A DNA stretch of 64,000 nucleotides from Akkermansiaceae bacterium (GCA_051251915.1 JBPOGF010000007.1:32001-96000), one strand, 5' to 3'; shown: positions 1-10,756, counted from the stretch's first letter. Notes: a model not told the origin generated them from the letters alone. Numbers and translations are program-made.

Positions 1-1
1 G

Positions 2-580
2 AAAATGTTATCGATGGTGGATGCTACTGAGGCGAATGAGAATAAAGATCTTGTTGTTGAGCTTCAGGATCAAAACGAAGTCTTGAGGAGACAGCTTCAG
101 GCATTACAGACTAGTGTTGATTTTGCTAAATTATTTGTGAAGTCGCATATGAAGCTTCCGGTGAATGCGCAGGCACTTTATACAGAATTGAAGGGGTTAG
201 AGGGATTCAGTGAGGAGAAGCTTCGTGCTGCTTACACTAGAATAGCGACTGAGCTTAATGCGGAGAATCTACAGCAAGTGAGATTTGCTACAGGGTCATC
301 TATTTTAAATTTCACTGACCAGACAACGATTAAGAATAAGTTGGATACTACTAGTGGATCTGATTATTTCCTGGTGGTTGGTTATGCTTCAAATACTGGT
401 GATGCGGCGATGAATGAGAAGCTCTCAGCGCAACGTGCTACGGCGGTAGCTTCTATTGTTAACCAGCTTAAGAAAGATGGGCAGGATGTGCGCGCGGTTT
501 TCCTAGGACAGACTAATCGATTTTCAAAATCAGTGAATGCTGAGAACCAGCTTTGTGAGATCTGGAGAATCAAGAAGTAG
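2..580 (+). CDS. OmpA-family C-terminal (peptidoglycan-binding) domain protein, probably truncated at the window's 5' edge
   Basis: VRFATGSS...VVGYASNTGDAAMNEKLSAQRATAVA matches the OmpA_C signature, preceded by a coiled coil. The frame is open to the window edge. Confidence 0.8.
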   Translation, partial: KMLSMVDATEANENKDLVVELQDQNEVLRRQLQALQTSVDFAKLFVKSHMKLPVNAQALYTELKGLEGFSEEKLRAAYTRIATELNAENLQQVRFATGSSILNFTDQTTIKNKLDTTSGSDYFLVVGYASNTGDAAMNEKLSAQRATAVASIVNQLKKDGQDVRAVFLGQTNRFSKSVNAENQLCEIWRIKK

Positions 581-714
581 TTAGAAGAGACTTCAAATTT
601 ACAGGTCATTTTTTATCTAGCGCATTTCATGCGGAGGTATTTTAAAATACTCTTCGGGCTGGTGAACATGTTGGTTGCGAGAGGTTGCCATTACAGCTCT
701 AACAGGTTGTTCTG

Positions 715-1851
715 TTAGAGCATTTTTTTGCCGTTGATGAAGGTTTGGGTGCAGTTGAAGTCTTTATCTAACAGGGTGATGTCTGCGTGGAAGCCCGGGG
801 TTATTTTGCCTACTTTTTCAAGGCCTAGGGATTGGGCTTGATTCCAGGATGTGGCTTTGACTATTTCAGTTAAGGGGAGGCCTGTGACTGTGGAGACGAT
901 TGCTATGCCTTCGTTATAGACGAGGGTGGAGCCTGCCAGTGCTCCGCCGTCTTTGAGTCTGGCGACTTTGTTTTCTATGACTACGTCTAGTCCGCCGAGT
1001 TGGCATTCGCCGTTGTTGATCCATGATCCCGCCATGGAATCTGTGATCATAATGATCTGGTCAATGGGTTTGGTTTTGAAGATGAGTTTGAGGAAGTCTG
1101 GTGCTAGGTGGATGCCGTCGCAGATGAGTTCTAGTTTTAGGTCATCGTCTAGGAGGCCGGTTCCGATCATGCCAATTTCGCGGTGGTGGAGCGGGGTCAT
1201 GGCGTTGCCAAAGTGGGTGAGGTGTGTGAGACCGGCTTCTTTTGCGGCGAGGGTTTGTGCGTGGGTTGCTTCTGAGTGGGCGGCAGATGAGGAGATGCCG
1301 AGGGATTTTGCTTCACGGATGACGGTGCAGGCACTGGGTCTGCATGGGGCTATGGAGAGGACTTTTGCAGGGGCGATGGAGTGGATCTCTTTTAACTCCT
1401 CTATGTTTGGTTCGCGGACGTATTGAGGGTTTTGGGCGCCTGCTTTTGTGGGGTTAATGAATGGGCCTTCGATGTGGAGTCCTGGGGTTTTGGCGAATTC
1501 CTGATTGCTCATGTACTGGGCACATTTCTGAGCAATTTCTAATAGCTTTGGTTGTGGTTGGGTGAGGGTGGTGGGGAGCCAGGTGGTGACGCCTTCGCGG
1601 AGTTTTGTTTTGGCGATGTGACGGATGCTTTCGAGGTCGTTGTCGCAGACGTCTTTGGAGTCGGCTCCGTGGGAGTGGATGTCTATGAATCCAGGGAACG
1701 CGTATTGGCCATCGGCATCGTAGATTTCGTCAGAATCTGGGAGGTTGTTAGAGTCTTGGTGGACTTTGATTATTTTGCCGTCTTGGATTTCGATGGCACC
1801 ACCTATGATTTCGAGGTTAGGCGAGATGATGTGGGCGTTGGTGATGAGCAT
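715..1851 (-). CDS. nagA: N-acetylglucosamine-6-phosphate deacetylase
   Basis: PGFIDIHSHG, GLHIEGPF, THFGNAM, ICDGIH, ITDSM and LAGSTL motifs. Confidence 0.95.
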   Translation of the reverse strand: MLITNAHIISPNLEIIGGAIEIQDGKIIKVHQDSNNLPDSDEIYDADGQYAFPGFIDIHSHGADSKDVCDNDLESIRHIAKTKLREGVTTWLPTTLTQPQPKLLEIAQKCAQYMSNQEFAKTPGLHIEGPFINPTKAGAQNPQYVREPNIEELKEIHSIAPAKVLSIAPCRPSACTVIREAKSLGISSSAAHSEATHAQTLAAKEAGLTHLTHFGNAMTPLHHREIGMIGTGLLDDDLKLELICDGIHLAPDFLKLIFKTKPIDQIIMITDSMAGSWINNGECQLGGLDVVIENKVARLKDGGALAGSTLVYNEGIAIVSTVTGLPLTEIVKATSWNQAQSLGLEKVGKITPGFHADITLLDKDFNCTQTFINGKKML

Positions 1852-1891
1852 GACCTTGAATTAGCATAAGATGGCGCATCATGGCCATGAC

Positions 1892-2326
1892 TTAAATCTT
1901 AACCAAGGGGTTCTTTTTTAATCTGGACCACATGAAATAGCAGTAATAGGCGCCGGCGAGGGAGCCTGAGATGTCGGCTGCCCAGTCGGCGGGGTCATTG
2001 CCTGTTCTGCCGGGGGTTTTAGTTTGGTGGTATTCATCAATGGCTCCGACGAGTGCACCGGTGAGAAAAGTCACGAGTATGATGCGTTTCCAGTTCCATG
2101 GGAGGGATTTCTTTAAGTGGAGGAAATTAGCAAAACAGAATCCGCCTGCCATATAGTAGCAGAAGTGGGCTACTTTATCTAAATGGGGGATCTTGAGTGC
2201 ATCTTTTATCTCTGGGTTACCGGAGGAGAGTAGCCATAGTGTGACAAACCAGATGATCCATGTTCCGATCCAGAATTTGTGGTTTGATGGGAGTTGGCGA
2301 TAGCACCAATCTGGAAACTTAAACAT
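1892..2326 (-). CDS. VanZ-family membrane protein
   Basis: DKVAHF...Y, GAIDEYHQ...PGR...DWAAD motifs and hydrophobic helices. Confidence 0.9.
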   Translation of the reverse strand: MFKFPDWCYRQLPSNHKFWIGTWIIWFVTLWLLSSGNPEIKDALKIPHLDKVAHFCYYMAGGFCFANFLHLKKSLPWNWKRIILVTFLTGALVGAIDEYHQTKTPGRTGNDPADWAADISGSLAGAYYCYFMWSRLKKNPLVKI

Positions 2327-2359
2327 GTCTCAAGTGAGCAATGGTTAATAACAGAGATT

Positions 2360-2653
2360 TTACTTAGGGCTTGTGTCTCCGTCTGAGCGTCTGGTCTCGT
2401 CTTCTAGGCGTTCGGAGAGCCATTGTTTCATCATTGACTGGTAGTTTAGATAACGGCTGCGTGCCATGCGCTTGATGCGTGAGAGCATGCGTGGGTCGAA
2501 TCTAAGTGTGATGGTGGTGGATTCACGTGAGTCTGGTTCGTGGACTGAGCCGTTCATAAGGTCTCCATCGAGTTCGTGAACTTGCCAGAAATCATATTCT
2601 TCTTCTTCGTCTTCAAACTCAGGTAAATCAGACCAATCTTTAATTGTTTTCAT
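2360..2653 (-). CDS. BrnA/CopG-like ribbon-helix-helix antitoxin
   Basis: LPEFEDEEEEYDFW N-terminus plus ITLRFD...IKRMA...NYQSMMKQWL RHH C-terminus; lies downstream of a BrnT-like gene. Confidence 0.8.
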   Translation of the reverse strand: MKTIKDWSDLPEFEDEEEEYDFWQVHELDGDLMNGSVHEPDSRESTTITLRFDPRMLSRIKRMARSRYLNYQSMMKQWLSERLEDETRRSDGDTSPK

Positions 2654-2671
2654 AGGAAATAGTGTGTGAGC

Positions 2672-2950
2672 TTATTTAAATTCTGCGTAGCGTCTGTCGT
2701 AGAAGCGTTTTTCGCCTTCTGAAAGTGCACGGACTGAGATCATTCGGGCTTTTTTACCATCTGTCCAGAAGCAGAGGAATAGGTAGCGGTCTGCGATGGT
2801 TCTGCCGATCATGTAGTAGCGAGATTCACCGTCCTCACGGTCGTGGTCAGGTAGTATTCTGACTGTGAAGGGGTCTTCCATGACCTCTTCTATTTCGCGG
2901 GGCTTATATTCCTTAAGGTCAATGAGGGTATCTATTAAATCGAGTTCCAT
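2672..2950 (-). CDS. BrnT (DUF497)-like toxin, divergent N-terminus
   Basis: GESRYYMIGRT...LFLCFWT...ARMISVRALSEGEKRFY motif; start moved to the ATG of MELDLID. Confidence 0.75.
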   Translation of the reverse strand: MELDLIDTLIDLKEYKPREIEEVMEDPFTVRILPDHDREDGESRYYMIGRTIADRYLFLCFWTDGKKARMISVRALSEGEKRFYDRRYAEFK

Positions 2951-3154
2951 ATCTGTTGCTATTCGCGTTGAGTCTATACACATATGAACGTGATGCACAT
3001 TATTTTTTTTCATTACCGTTATTAACGGGTTTAATGACTGGCATTAATGATTTTAATTACTGTTATTAATGGAGGATCTCTGCCATTTCACCTTGACTAT
3101 AAGACCAATACCCTTTTGAACTAATGCATCACCCAAAATGGAGTGATTTGACCA

Positions 3155-4339
3155 ATGAATATTCACGAGTATCAAGCCAAAGAGCTATTTGAAAAGTTCG
3201 GAGTGCCAAGCCCCAACGGGCAAGTAGCAGGCACTGCTGAAGAAGCGGAAGCAGCAGCCAATGCAATTGGTGGCAGCGGATTAGTTGTTAAAGCACAGGT
3301 TCACGCAGGTGGCCGTGGTAAAGGCACATTTAAGAACGGATTTAAAGGTGGGGTGCATCTTGCAGATACACCGGCTGAGATCAAAGAGCTAGCAGCACAG
3401 ATGCTAGGGCAGACGCTTGTGACTCACCAGACTGGTGAAGAGGGACGTTTGGTGAGCAAGGTGATGATTGCTGAGTCAGTAGACATTGAGAGTGAGTTTT
3501 ACCTTTCTATCCTACTTGACCGTGCGACTTGTCAGCCAGTGATCGTAGCATCTACTGAAGGAGGAATGGACATTGAGGCTGTTGCTGAGAATACTCCTGA
3601 GAAGATCATCAAGGAGTTCGTTCACCCACTTGCGGGGCTTCAGCCTTATCAGGTGCGTAAGCTTACTAAGGTGTATGGCCTTACTGGTGATACAGCGAAG
3701 CAATTTGCTAAGTTGATCAAGAATCTTTATAAGCTCTTCATTGCTTGTGACTGTGACATGGTGGAAATTAACCCGCTTGTGGTTACTCCTGATGGTGATG
3801 TGTTGGCTCTCGATGCTAAGTTTGGTTTCGATGACAATGCTCTTTACCGTCACCCAGAGATCGTAGCGATGCGTGACACTTCTGAGGAAGATCCTCGTGA
3901 AGTTGAGGCATCAAAGTTTGACCTTAATTACATTGGTCTCGACGGCAACATTGCTTGTCTTGTGAATGGAGCTGGTCTTGCGATGGCTACTATGGACATC
4001 ATCAAACATTGTGGTGGTGATCCTGCCAACTTCCTCGATGTAGGGGGTGGTGCTACTAAAGAACAGGTTGCAGCAGCATTTAAGATCATCCTTGCTGATC
4101 CTAAGGTAGAGGGTATCTTGGTAAACATTTTCGGTGGTATCATGCAGTGTGACATCATTGCAGAAGGTATCTTGGCAGCAGCGGCTGAGACAGGACTTAG
4201 CATCCCACTTGTCGTGAGGCTTGAGGGAACTAACGTGGCTGAAGGGCGCGCGCTCATTGCAGCTTCTGATCTAGCTGTGATTCCTGCAGATAACCTTAAC
4301 GACGCAGCGGAGAAAATCGTTGCAGCGGTAAAAGGATAA
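3155..4339 (+). CDS. sucC: Succinyl-CoA synthetase beta subunit
   Basis: [48 protein letters not shown]. Confidence 0.98.
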   Translation: MNIHEYQAKELFEKFGVPSPNGQVAGTAEEAEAAANAIGGSGLVVKAQVHAGGRGKGTFKNGFKGGVHLADTPAEIKELAAQMLGQTLVTHQTGEEGRLVSKVMIAESVDIESEFYLSILLDRATCQPVIVASTEGGMDIEAVAENTPEKIIKEFVHPLAGLQPYQVRKLTKVYGLTGDTAKQFAKLIKNLYKLFIACDCDMVEINPLVVTPDGDVLALDAKFGFDDNALYRHPEIVAMRDTSEEDPREVEASKFDLNYIGLDGNIACLVNGAGLAMATMDIIKHCGGDPANFLDVGGGATKEQVAAAFKIILADPKVEGILVNIFGGIMQCDIIAEGILAAAAETGLSIPLVVRLEGTNVAEGRALIAASDLAVIPADNLNDAAEKIVAAVKG

Positions 4340-4375
4340 ACTAATCAATATTAACTACTCACTTTAAAATAAAAA

Positions 4376-5272
4376 ATGTCAATTCTAGTAGATGAAAACA
4401 CAAAGGTGCTCGTTCAGGGTATCACGGGTGGATTCGGTGGAAAGCACGCACAGCTTTCTCTCGACTACGGCACTAAGATCGTAGCAGGTGTCACACCGGG
4501 TAAAGGTGGACAAACATTCGGAACAAGCACTCCAATTTACGACACCGTATCTGAGGCAGCTTATCAAGCAGGCGCAACAGTTTCTGCGATCTTCGTTCCA
4601 CCTCCGTTCGCCGCTGATGCGATTTTGGAGGCAGTGGATGCGGGTATGGAGCTCGTGATCGCGATTACTGAAGGTATTCCTGTAGCGGATATGATGCGTG
4701 TCAAGGCAGCGATGCAAGGTAGCAAGACTCGTCTTATCGGGCCTAACTGCCCTGGTGTTGTGACACCTGGTCGCGGCGAAGGTTCACATGGTGGTTGCCG
4801 TATTGGTATTGCACCAGGATACATTCATAAGCGTGGAAACGTGGGTGTTGTGTCACGTTCAGGAACTCTTACTTATGAGGCGGTATATCAGCTTACTGAG
4901 CTTGGTTATGGTCAGTCTACATGTGTGGGCATTGGTGGTGATCCGATCAATGGGACTTCACACCTTGATGTTCTTAAGATGTTCAATGACGACGACGAGA
5001 CTGAAGCGATCATCATGATCGGTGAGATTGGTGGTAATGCTGAAGCGGAGGCAGCTCGTTGGGCTGCAGAGAACTGCAAGAAGCCGATTGCTGGATTCAT
5101 CGCGGGTGCTACAGCGCCTCCGGGACGCCGCATGGGGCACGCGGGTGCTATTGTTGGTGGTGAGGAGGATACAGCTGAAGCTAAGAAGAAGATTCTAGCT
5201 GAATGCGGTATTGCTGTTTCTGAGACTCCATCGAACATGGGTCGCACGCTTGTTGATATGCTCAAGAAGTAA
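4376..5272 (+). CDS. sucD: Succinyl-CoA synthetase alpha subunit
   Basis: [32 protein letters not shown] (phospho-His). Confidence 0.98.
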   Translation: MSILVDENTKVLVQGITGGFGGKHAQLSLDYGTKIVAGVTPGKGGQTFGTSTPIYDTVSEAAYQAGATVSAIFVPPPFAADAILEAVDAGMELVIAITEGIPVADMMRVKAAMQGSKTRLIGPNCPGVVTPGRGEGSHGGCRIGIAPGYIHKRGNVGVVSRSGTLTYEAVYQLTELGYGQSTCVGIGGDPINGTSHLDVLKMFNDDDETEAIIMIGEIGGNAEAEAARWAAENCKKPIAGFIAGATAPPGRRMGHAGAIVGGEEDTAEAKKKILAECGIAVSETPSNMGRTLVDMLKK

Positions 5273-5335
5273 TGGGGTGATCTGTTGGTGGTGATCAGTG
5301 ATCGGTGCCAGCTTGATGGAGCTCTGACTGTTTTT

Positions 5336-5374
5336 AAAACGCTCTCTGGGGATTACCTGGAGAGCGTTTTTTTT
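5336..5374. terminator. Intrinsic terminator, probably bidirectional, between sucD and the convergent DUF4132 gene
   Basis: AAAACGCTCTC...GAGAGCGTTTTTTTT hairpin with T8 tail. Confidence 0.85.
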
Positions 5375-5394
5375 GTGGTGTGGTGGCTGGGTGG

Positions 5395-8300
5395 CTAAGG
5401 TTTTATTTGGGCTAGGAGGCCTGGATCTTTGATTTGTTTGTCTCTGGAGAGCATGATGATTTTTGAGAGGAGTTCGGCGGTTTTTGGGTCGTTGTCTGCG
5501 AATGGGAGGAAGATGCGTCCTCGGTGTTGTGACTGGATGGCTACTAGGAATATGGCGCCGCCAGGGAGGGTGTGGACGATGGTGCTGCCTAGGTGGATGG
5601 TGTATTTTGCGAGGTCTCCGTGGATGATGGCGTGGGTGTCCTTAAAGCTGACATTGGCTAGGTTTAGCATTTGGCAGGTTTCTGCGGCTAATGCTGCGCG
5701 CATTTGGATGGTGGACTGGGTGGCTTCTGGGTCTACTCCGCCTTGGTGTGCGACGCTGACGACGAGGTCTAGGTCCCGCATGGCTTCGCTAAAGATGTGT
5801 GGAGGGACTTGGTCTAGCGGGATGATTTTAGGGTTATTTTTGGTGAAGAAGTAGACGTTGGCTAGGGTGAGTCCTTCTAGTTCTGCTGGGGTGTAGAAGT
5901 ATTCTTCGAAGTCGATCCAGGCGCAGATGCCTTCTTTGTGGTAGACTTTACGGACTCCTTCTTCTGGGACGTTGAGCCAGCCTCTGCTCCCGAGGAGGGC
6001 GAGAGCTTGTCTGGGGTTGACTTGGTGGCCGGCGTAGCGGGAGCTGCGGTTGGTGAGGTCACTTTTCTCGGCGTCTGAGATGGGGTAGTATTCTCTGAAG
6101 ACTTGTTTGAAGGGTTGTATCCATTGGTGTTCGAAGCAGTATTTTTGCCAGTAGCTCCATTGTTTGCTTAGGAATAGCTGGGTGGGGTGGGAGATGGTGA
6201 GTAGGTCTGTGGGTTTGAGTGGGATGGTGGAGTTGTTGTGGGTGAATAGGGCGTTACCTGTGTTGGTGATTCTGCCGACGGTGTTGTCGTGAGTGAATAG
6301 GAGGTTGCTGGTGAAGCGTGCTAGTAGTGGATGCTGGGAGAATGTTTTGATTTCTTCTGCGGTAAAGGGTTCTTGGCTGCACATCATTTCTTCTAGTGAT
6401 TGGCGCATGCGTGAGATTTGTTTTTTGAGCTTGGTTTTGCGTTCTGTTAGGGCTTTGAATTTGGGGAGTTTCTTGAGTTTGGCAGGGATTGCTTTGAGTG
6501 GTTTGCCTGCGCGGTTGATGGAGATTTCTGGTTCTCCGAGTTTTGTGATGGAGAGTGAGACTGTGACGTCTGCGTCTGTTTCTGTGATGGATCCGGACTT
6601 GAGGTCTTCTAGTGATTTTCCTTCCATGGCCCATTCGAGGCGGATGGGGTCTGCGTAGCCTGCGGTTCTGGCTAGGTTTTCTGTGCCGATTTGTGCGCAG
6701 CGTTTTTCGCTGGCTTGGCGTTGGGAGCCGAATTTTTTGCTTACGCGGGTGAATTCTTTGAAGAGTTCGTATCGGAGTAGGAGGTCATTTTCGCGGGATT
6801 TTCCTGTTGCTAGTGGGAGTAGTCCGAGTGCTCTGACTGAGTCTTGGTGGCGTTTGGATTTGATGCGTTTTGTGATGTCTGTTTTGGTGATTTGCTTGAG
6901 CATGGCGTTGGCGAAGAGTTCGGCTCTTTTGTGTCCGCCCGAGGAGGATGCGAATTTGGCGGCTTTTAGGACGATGGTCCATTTTGCTTTTTTGAGTGAT
7001 TGGTAGACTTCGCTGAACCATGTGACGTCGACTGCTCCGTCGACTAATTCATCTGGGGTTAGTGGTGTTTTCTCTGCGACTTGTGCATTCCATTGTTCTT
7101 TGACGTCTTGGTCTACTTCCCAGTGTTCGTCTTTGGTGTGTGCGTGGATCCACCAGACGGCGTTTTCTAGTCCATGGTATTGGACGTGGGCTTCGATGTG
7201 TTTTGCCCATTGGGGTGCAAACATGGCGAGGTCGATGAAGCGTTCTTTGGAGATTTTGCTGGCTGTGGCGAGCTTGGAGAATTTTTCATGGCTGTCGTGA
7301 TTAGTGGGGGTGGAGGCGCGGAGTAGTGAGCTGAATACGGAGGCTTTTGCGTAGCTGCCTTCGCCCCATTGGTATTGTCTGACGAGGTTGTTGTTGCCTA
7401 TGATGGTGGCGAATTTGATGAAGTATTCTGAGCCTTCGACGAATGTAATACCGCTGGCTTCTGGTGAGGTGATTTGTTTGAGGTCTCCGCGTTCCATTTC
7501 TACTTCTAGGATGCGTGTTTGGATTTTTTGGGATAGGTGTAGGAGGGCTGGGTAGCTGGGGTGTTTTAGCCATTCTTTGTTTGGTTTGCGGGTGCAAAAT
7601 GAGCGGAATGTACTGAGGTTTTCTTCTTCGTTGGTGGGAGATTTTCCTGCGAGTAGGTAGGTGAGTTCGTTGGAGTCGATGAGGTTTAGTTCAATGGCTC
7701 TGAGGAGGGTAGTGGTTTCGATGGCGTCTACGTTCCAGAGTTTAGTGAGGGGGATGGTTTCTGAGTTTTGTAGGATGGTGGGGCGCCAATACCAGCGGTG
7801 AAGCTCGAAGAGGCGGGTGAACTGTTGGTCTGATAGTGTGGTTCCATGTAGTGCGGTTTCCCATTTATGGCCGGGGCCGTGGGATATCTCGGTGCGTTTT
7901 TTTAATGATTTGGAGTATCCTGAGCTGTTGAGTTCTTCTTTGATGTAGTTTCCTGTGTCTGCGATGGCGTAGTCGATGATGGTGTCAATGTGTTGGGGGG
8001 TGTAGGTTTGCTGTTCTAGGATCCATGTGATGAGGCTGGAGACGTGGTCATAGTGCTCGATGGTGGTGTTATCTATGATTACTTTGAACTTATCATTCCA
8101 GTAGCTGTAGTTTGAGGTTTCTTGTTGGATCTTGAGGTGGGCGCGGAATAGTGTGAGTCCGTCTTTGTCATTGTTGGTGCTGAGGAATTCTACATACCAG
8201 TCAATGAGTTGGGCGCCGAAGGGCATGAGGGCTAGATTTTCTTGGTGGGATTTATTTTTGGAGTAGGTGGGCCAGCCCCATTTGATGTTGCCGAATAGGT

Positions 8301-10326
8301 GGCGTTCTGTGGTGCTTCCTTGGTAGCTGGGTGTGAGCTCTACTTCTATTTCTGAGCGTTGTTTTACCCATTGGTTTAGGGAGATGATGAGGGCTGAGGT
8401 GTTGTTAGTGAGGGTGGTGACTTTTGCGGCTTGTGGGATGATGGGAGGTTTGATAGTGGCGGGGTCACAGAGGCCGAGGGCGTTCTGGTAGGTGTGTTTT
8501 TCTTGGTGATGCTGGAGTGCTAGGGTGAGGAGTGCGGTTTCGTCTTTTGTGAGTATTTTACGGCTTTTTTTGTAGTCTAGAAGGGTTTGTTTGACTTCGT
8601 TTATTTTGCGGTTTTCTCCTATGAGCTGGCCTGCGAGTTCGACTCCTGCGAGTCTCTGTGCGGCGTTTTTGGAGGTGAGGAGGCGCTTGTATGAGGCGAG
8701 GGCTTGTGGGTCATCTTGGGCTAAGAGTAGACGGAGGGATGAGCGTCTGAGGTTGGCTGCTTTGCGTGTGAGTAGGGCTTCGATGACGAGGCTGCCTGTT
8801 TCGTCTATTTTGAGTTTTTTGAGTTTTTTGAAGACTGTGTTTACTACGTCAGGTGAGCGGTCTTTGATGCAGTCTAGGAGTAGTTTGTAGTGGTTGGTGT
8901 CTGCGGTTGTTTTGAAGCTTTTGGCTAGTTTCTCGACGAGGGCTGCGCGGCCGTAGGGTGACATTTGGTCTCTGAATGGTGCTATTTCTAGGATGCTGCG
9001 TTGGCCGCTGTGGTGGACTATGAGGTCTGCGATGCTGCTGGCTTCTAGGGTGCGTGCGGTCCATGGCCAGATGGTGGGTGGGATGTTTATTTGTTTGCTG
9101 GGGAGGGCTTTGAGTCGTTGGGTTAGGATCTCGAAGAAGTCGGTTTTTGGTTGATTTTGGATGACCCAGGCATTTTGTAGGAATACGGGGAGGCTTTTGT
9201 CTTTGAGTCCGGTTGCGGCTATTTGGCTGCTTGCTGTGCAGCGGGTGAGTCTGAGGAAGGTGGAGGTGGCGAAGCGGATTTTTTCATTGTCGGCGGCGAG
9301 TAGTTCTTTTGCTTTTGGGAGTGCTAGTTCGATGTCATAGAATGCCATTGCCCAGAGTCCGAAGTAGACGGTTTGGGGGGTGTTGGATTCTGTGGCTTGG
9401 AGAGCTGCTTTTGGGGAGGTGAGGAATTGTTTGATGTTGGTGAGGATGTCTCTGAAGGTTTTGAAGCTTTGGGCGTCCCATTCTTGGGCGAACCAGACAT
9501 CGATTCCGCGGGCGATGGAGCTAAATCTTAGGAGATTGTGGTCGAGTATGAGGTCGATCATGCGGAGGAATGCTTGTGGGTGGGCTAGGTCTACGGCATC
9601 GATGATGGATTGGCGGAGGCCTTCTTGGCGCTGGGCTGCTAGGAGGAGTTTTTCGATAGCTTCCCAGCCTTTGGGGTTGGAGGCTGTGAGGAGTGTTGGG
9701 ATGAGGTGGTGGCTCATGGATTGGCCGCTGTTCTCGTCATAGATGATGTCGATGTATTGTTCTAGGATTTGATTACCAAAGTCTGTTTTGTGGTCGATCT
9801 GGCTGATTAGGATGGGGGTGAGTGGGGCTGCTTGGTAATTTAGGCTGAGGGTGAGGTTAGGGAGGTTTTCTGGGGTGAATTTATATTTATCGCAGAGTTT
9901 TTTGAGGCTGGTGAGCCAGTTTATTCTTTGTTCGCGGTGGTAGGTTTCGTTTTTTGGTGCTCTGAATGCTCTGGCTTGCCAGCCGGTTTGGTAGACTTGG
10001 GTGGTGGAGTGCAGCCAGGCGGTTTCTACCATGGGCGCGATTTCGCCGAAGAAGATCTCGAATACGGCGGTGCGTTGTTGAGTGGTTAGGGATTCTAGTA
10101 GTTCGATGGTGTTGTGGTTTTCTTTGTCTGTGGAGTTGTGGTGGTAGAGGTCACGGCGACCTTTTTGTTGCTTTTTAAGTTTGCCGGTGTCTGGGTTTTG
10201 GTTATTGAGTGCGCGGGCTGCTCTGAGGATGTTGGCGGGGAGTTTTTCTACTGTTGGGACTCTGGATTTTGAGTTTTGTTTGTGAGCGTTGTCTTTGAGG
10301 TGTTGTGAGCGTGATTCTTCAGTCAT
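5395..10326 (-). CDS. Large DUF4132 (with DUF5724-like N-terminal region) HEAT-like repeat protein, 1643 aa
   Basis: LLLAAQRQEGLRQSI and LLRFSS in the N-terminal part; SKKFGSQRQASE, NLARTAGYADP.RLEWAME, QPFKQVFRE and FSEAMRDLDLVVSVAH.GGVDPEA in the C-terminal part. Confidence 0.8.
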   Translation of the reverse strand: MTEESRSQHLKDNAHKQNSKSRVPTVEKLPANILRAARALNNQNPDTGKLKKQQKGRRDLYHHNSTDKENHNTIELLESLTTQQRTAVFEIFFGEIAPMVETAWLHSTTQVYQTGWQARAFRAPKNETYHREQRINWLTSLKKLCDKYKFTPENLPNLTLSLNYQAAPLTPILISQIDHKTDFGNQILEQYIDIIYDENSGQSMSHHLIPTLLTASNPKGWEAIEKLLLAAQRQEGLRQSIIDAVDLAHPQAFLRMIDLILDHNLLRFSSIARGIDVWFAQEWDAQSFKTFRDILTNIKQFLTSPKAALQATESNTPQTVYFGLWAMAFYDIELALPKAKELLAADNEKIRFATSTFLRLTRCTASSQIAATGLKDKSLPVFLQNAWVIQNQPKTDFFEILTQRLKALPSKQINIPPTIWPWTARTLEASSIADLIVHHSGQRSILEIAPFRDQMSPYGRAALVEKLAKSFKTTADTNHYKLLLDCIKDRSPDVVNTVFKKLKKLKIDETGSLVIEALLTRKAANLRRSSLRLLLAQDDPQALASYKRLLTSKNAAQRLAGVELAGQLIGENRKINEVKQTLLDYKKSRKILTKDETALLTLALQHHQEKHTYQNALGLCDPATIKPPIIPQAAKVTTLTNNTSALIISLNQWVKQRSEIEVELTPSYQGSTTERHLFGNIKWGWPTYSKNKSHQENLALMPFGAQLIDWYVEFLSTNNDKDGLTLFRAHLKIQQETSNYSYWNDKFKVIIDNTTIEHYDHVSSLITWILEQQTYTPQHIDTIIDYAIADTGNYIKEELNSSGYSKSLKKRTEISHGPGHKWETALHGTTLSDQQFTRLFELHRWYWRPTILQNSETIPLTKLWNVDAIETTTLLRAIELNLIDSNELTYLLAGKSPTNEEENLSTFRSFCTRKPNKEWLKHPSYPALLHLSQKIQTRILEVEMERGDLKQITSPEASGITFVEGSEYFIKFATIIGNNNLVRQYQWGEGSYAKASVFSSLLRASTPTNHDSHEKFSKLATASKISKERFIDLAMFAPQWAKHIEAHVQYHGLENAVWWIHAHTKDEHWEVDQDVKEQWNAQVAEKTPLTPDELVDGAVDVTWFSEVYQSLKKAKWTIVLKAAKFASSSGGHKRAELFANAMLKQITKTDITKRIKSKRHQDSVRALGLLPLATGKSRENDLLLRYELFKEFTRVSKKFGSQRQASEKRCAQIGTENLARTAGYADPIRLEWAMEGKSLEDLKSGSITETDADVTVSLSITKLGEPEISINRAGKPLKAIPAKLKKLPKFKALTERKTKLKKQISRMRQSLEEMMCSQEPFTAEEIKTFSQHPLLARFTSNLLFTHDNTVGRITNTGNALFTHNNSTIPLKPTDLLTISHPTQLFLSKQWSYWQKYCFEHQWIQPFKQVFREYYPISDAEKSDLTNRSSRYAGHQVNPRQALALLGSRGWLNVPEEGVRKVYHKEGICAWIDFEEYFYTPAELEGLTLANVYFFTKNNPKIIPLDQVPPHIFSEAMRDLDLVVSVAHQGGVDPEATQSTIQMRAALAAETCQMLNLANVSFKDTHAIIHGDLAKYTIHLGSTIVHTLPGGAIFLVAIQSQHRGRIFLPFADNDPKTAELLSKIIMLSRDKQIKDPGLLAQIKP

Positions 10327-10327
10327 G

Positions 10328-10756
10328 TTAGTATCCGGTGAGGAAGGTAAGTTTTACAAATGTCATTTTGGAGGATGTTGAGATGTAGACTTGGGCGTCT
10401 AGATCTAGTTGTTCTACGTCATCGATAAAGACGAGGTAGAGGCCGTCTTGGAATGCTTCTAGGGTGACGAAGATGGCCTCTTCTGAGGATGCGAGGGTGG
10501 TTTTTTCGTTTCCGCCCATGGAGATTTTGCCTTGTTTTGCGTGTTGCTGGATATTTTTCTGGGAGAGGATGGAGGTGAGTTGTTGTTTTTTCTGTCTGGT
10601 GTTGAATTGTCTGACTTCTTCTTGGACGATGGCGGTGAGGAGTTCACGTAGTGTGGTGCCACCGTTTCCTGGGTCAGTGATTTCAGGGGGTGGGGTGTAG
10701 TGCCAGTCATCGATTGGGGGTTTTCTTTTTCCTAGGGTTTTTGTGCAAATAAGCAT
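10328..10756 (-). CDS. Hypothetical partner of the DUF4132 protein, possibly a beta-grasp (MoaD/ubiquitin-like) fold
   Basis: 1 nt gap to the DUF4132 start; TTLRELL...LVFIDD...LDAQV...TFVKLTFLTGY pattern. Confidence 0.7.
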   Translation of the reverse strand: MLICTKTLGKRKPPIDDWHYTPPPEITDPGNGGTTLRELLTAIVQEEVRQFNTRQKKQQLTSILSQKNIQQHAKQGKISMGGNEKTTLASSEEAIFVTLEAFQDGLYLVFIDDVEQLDLDAQVYISTSSKMTFVKLTFLTGY

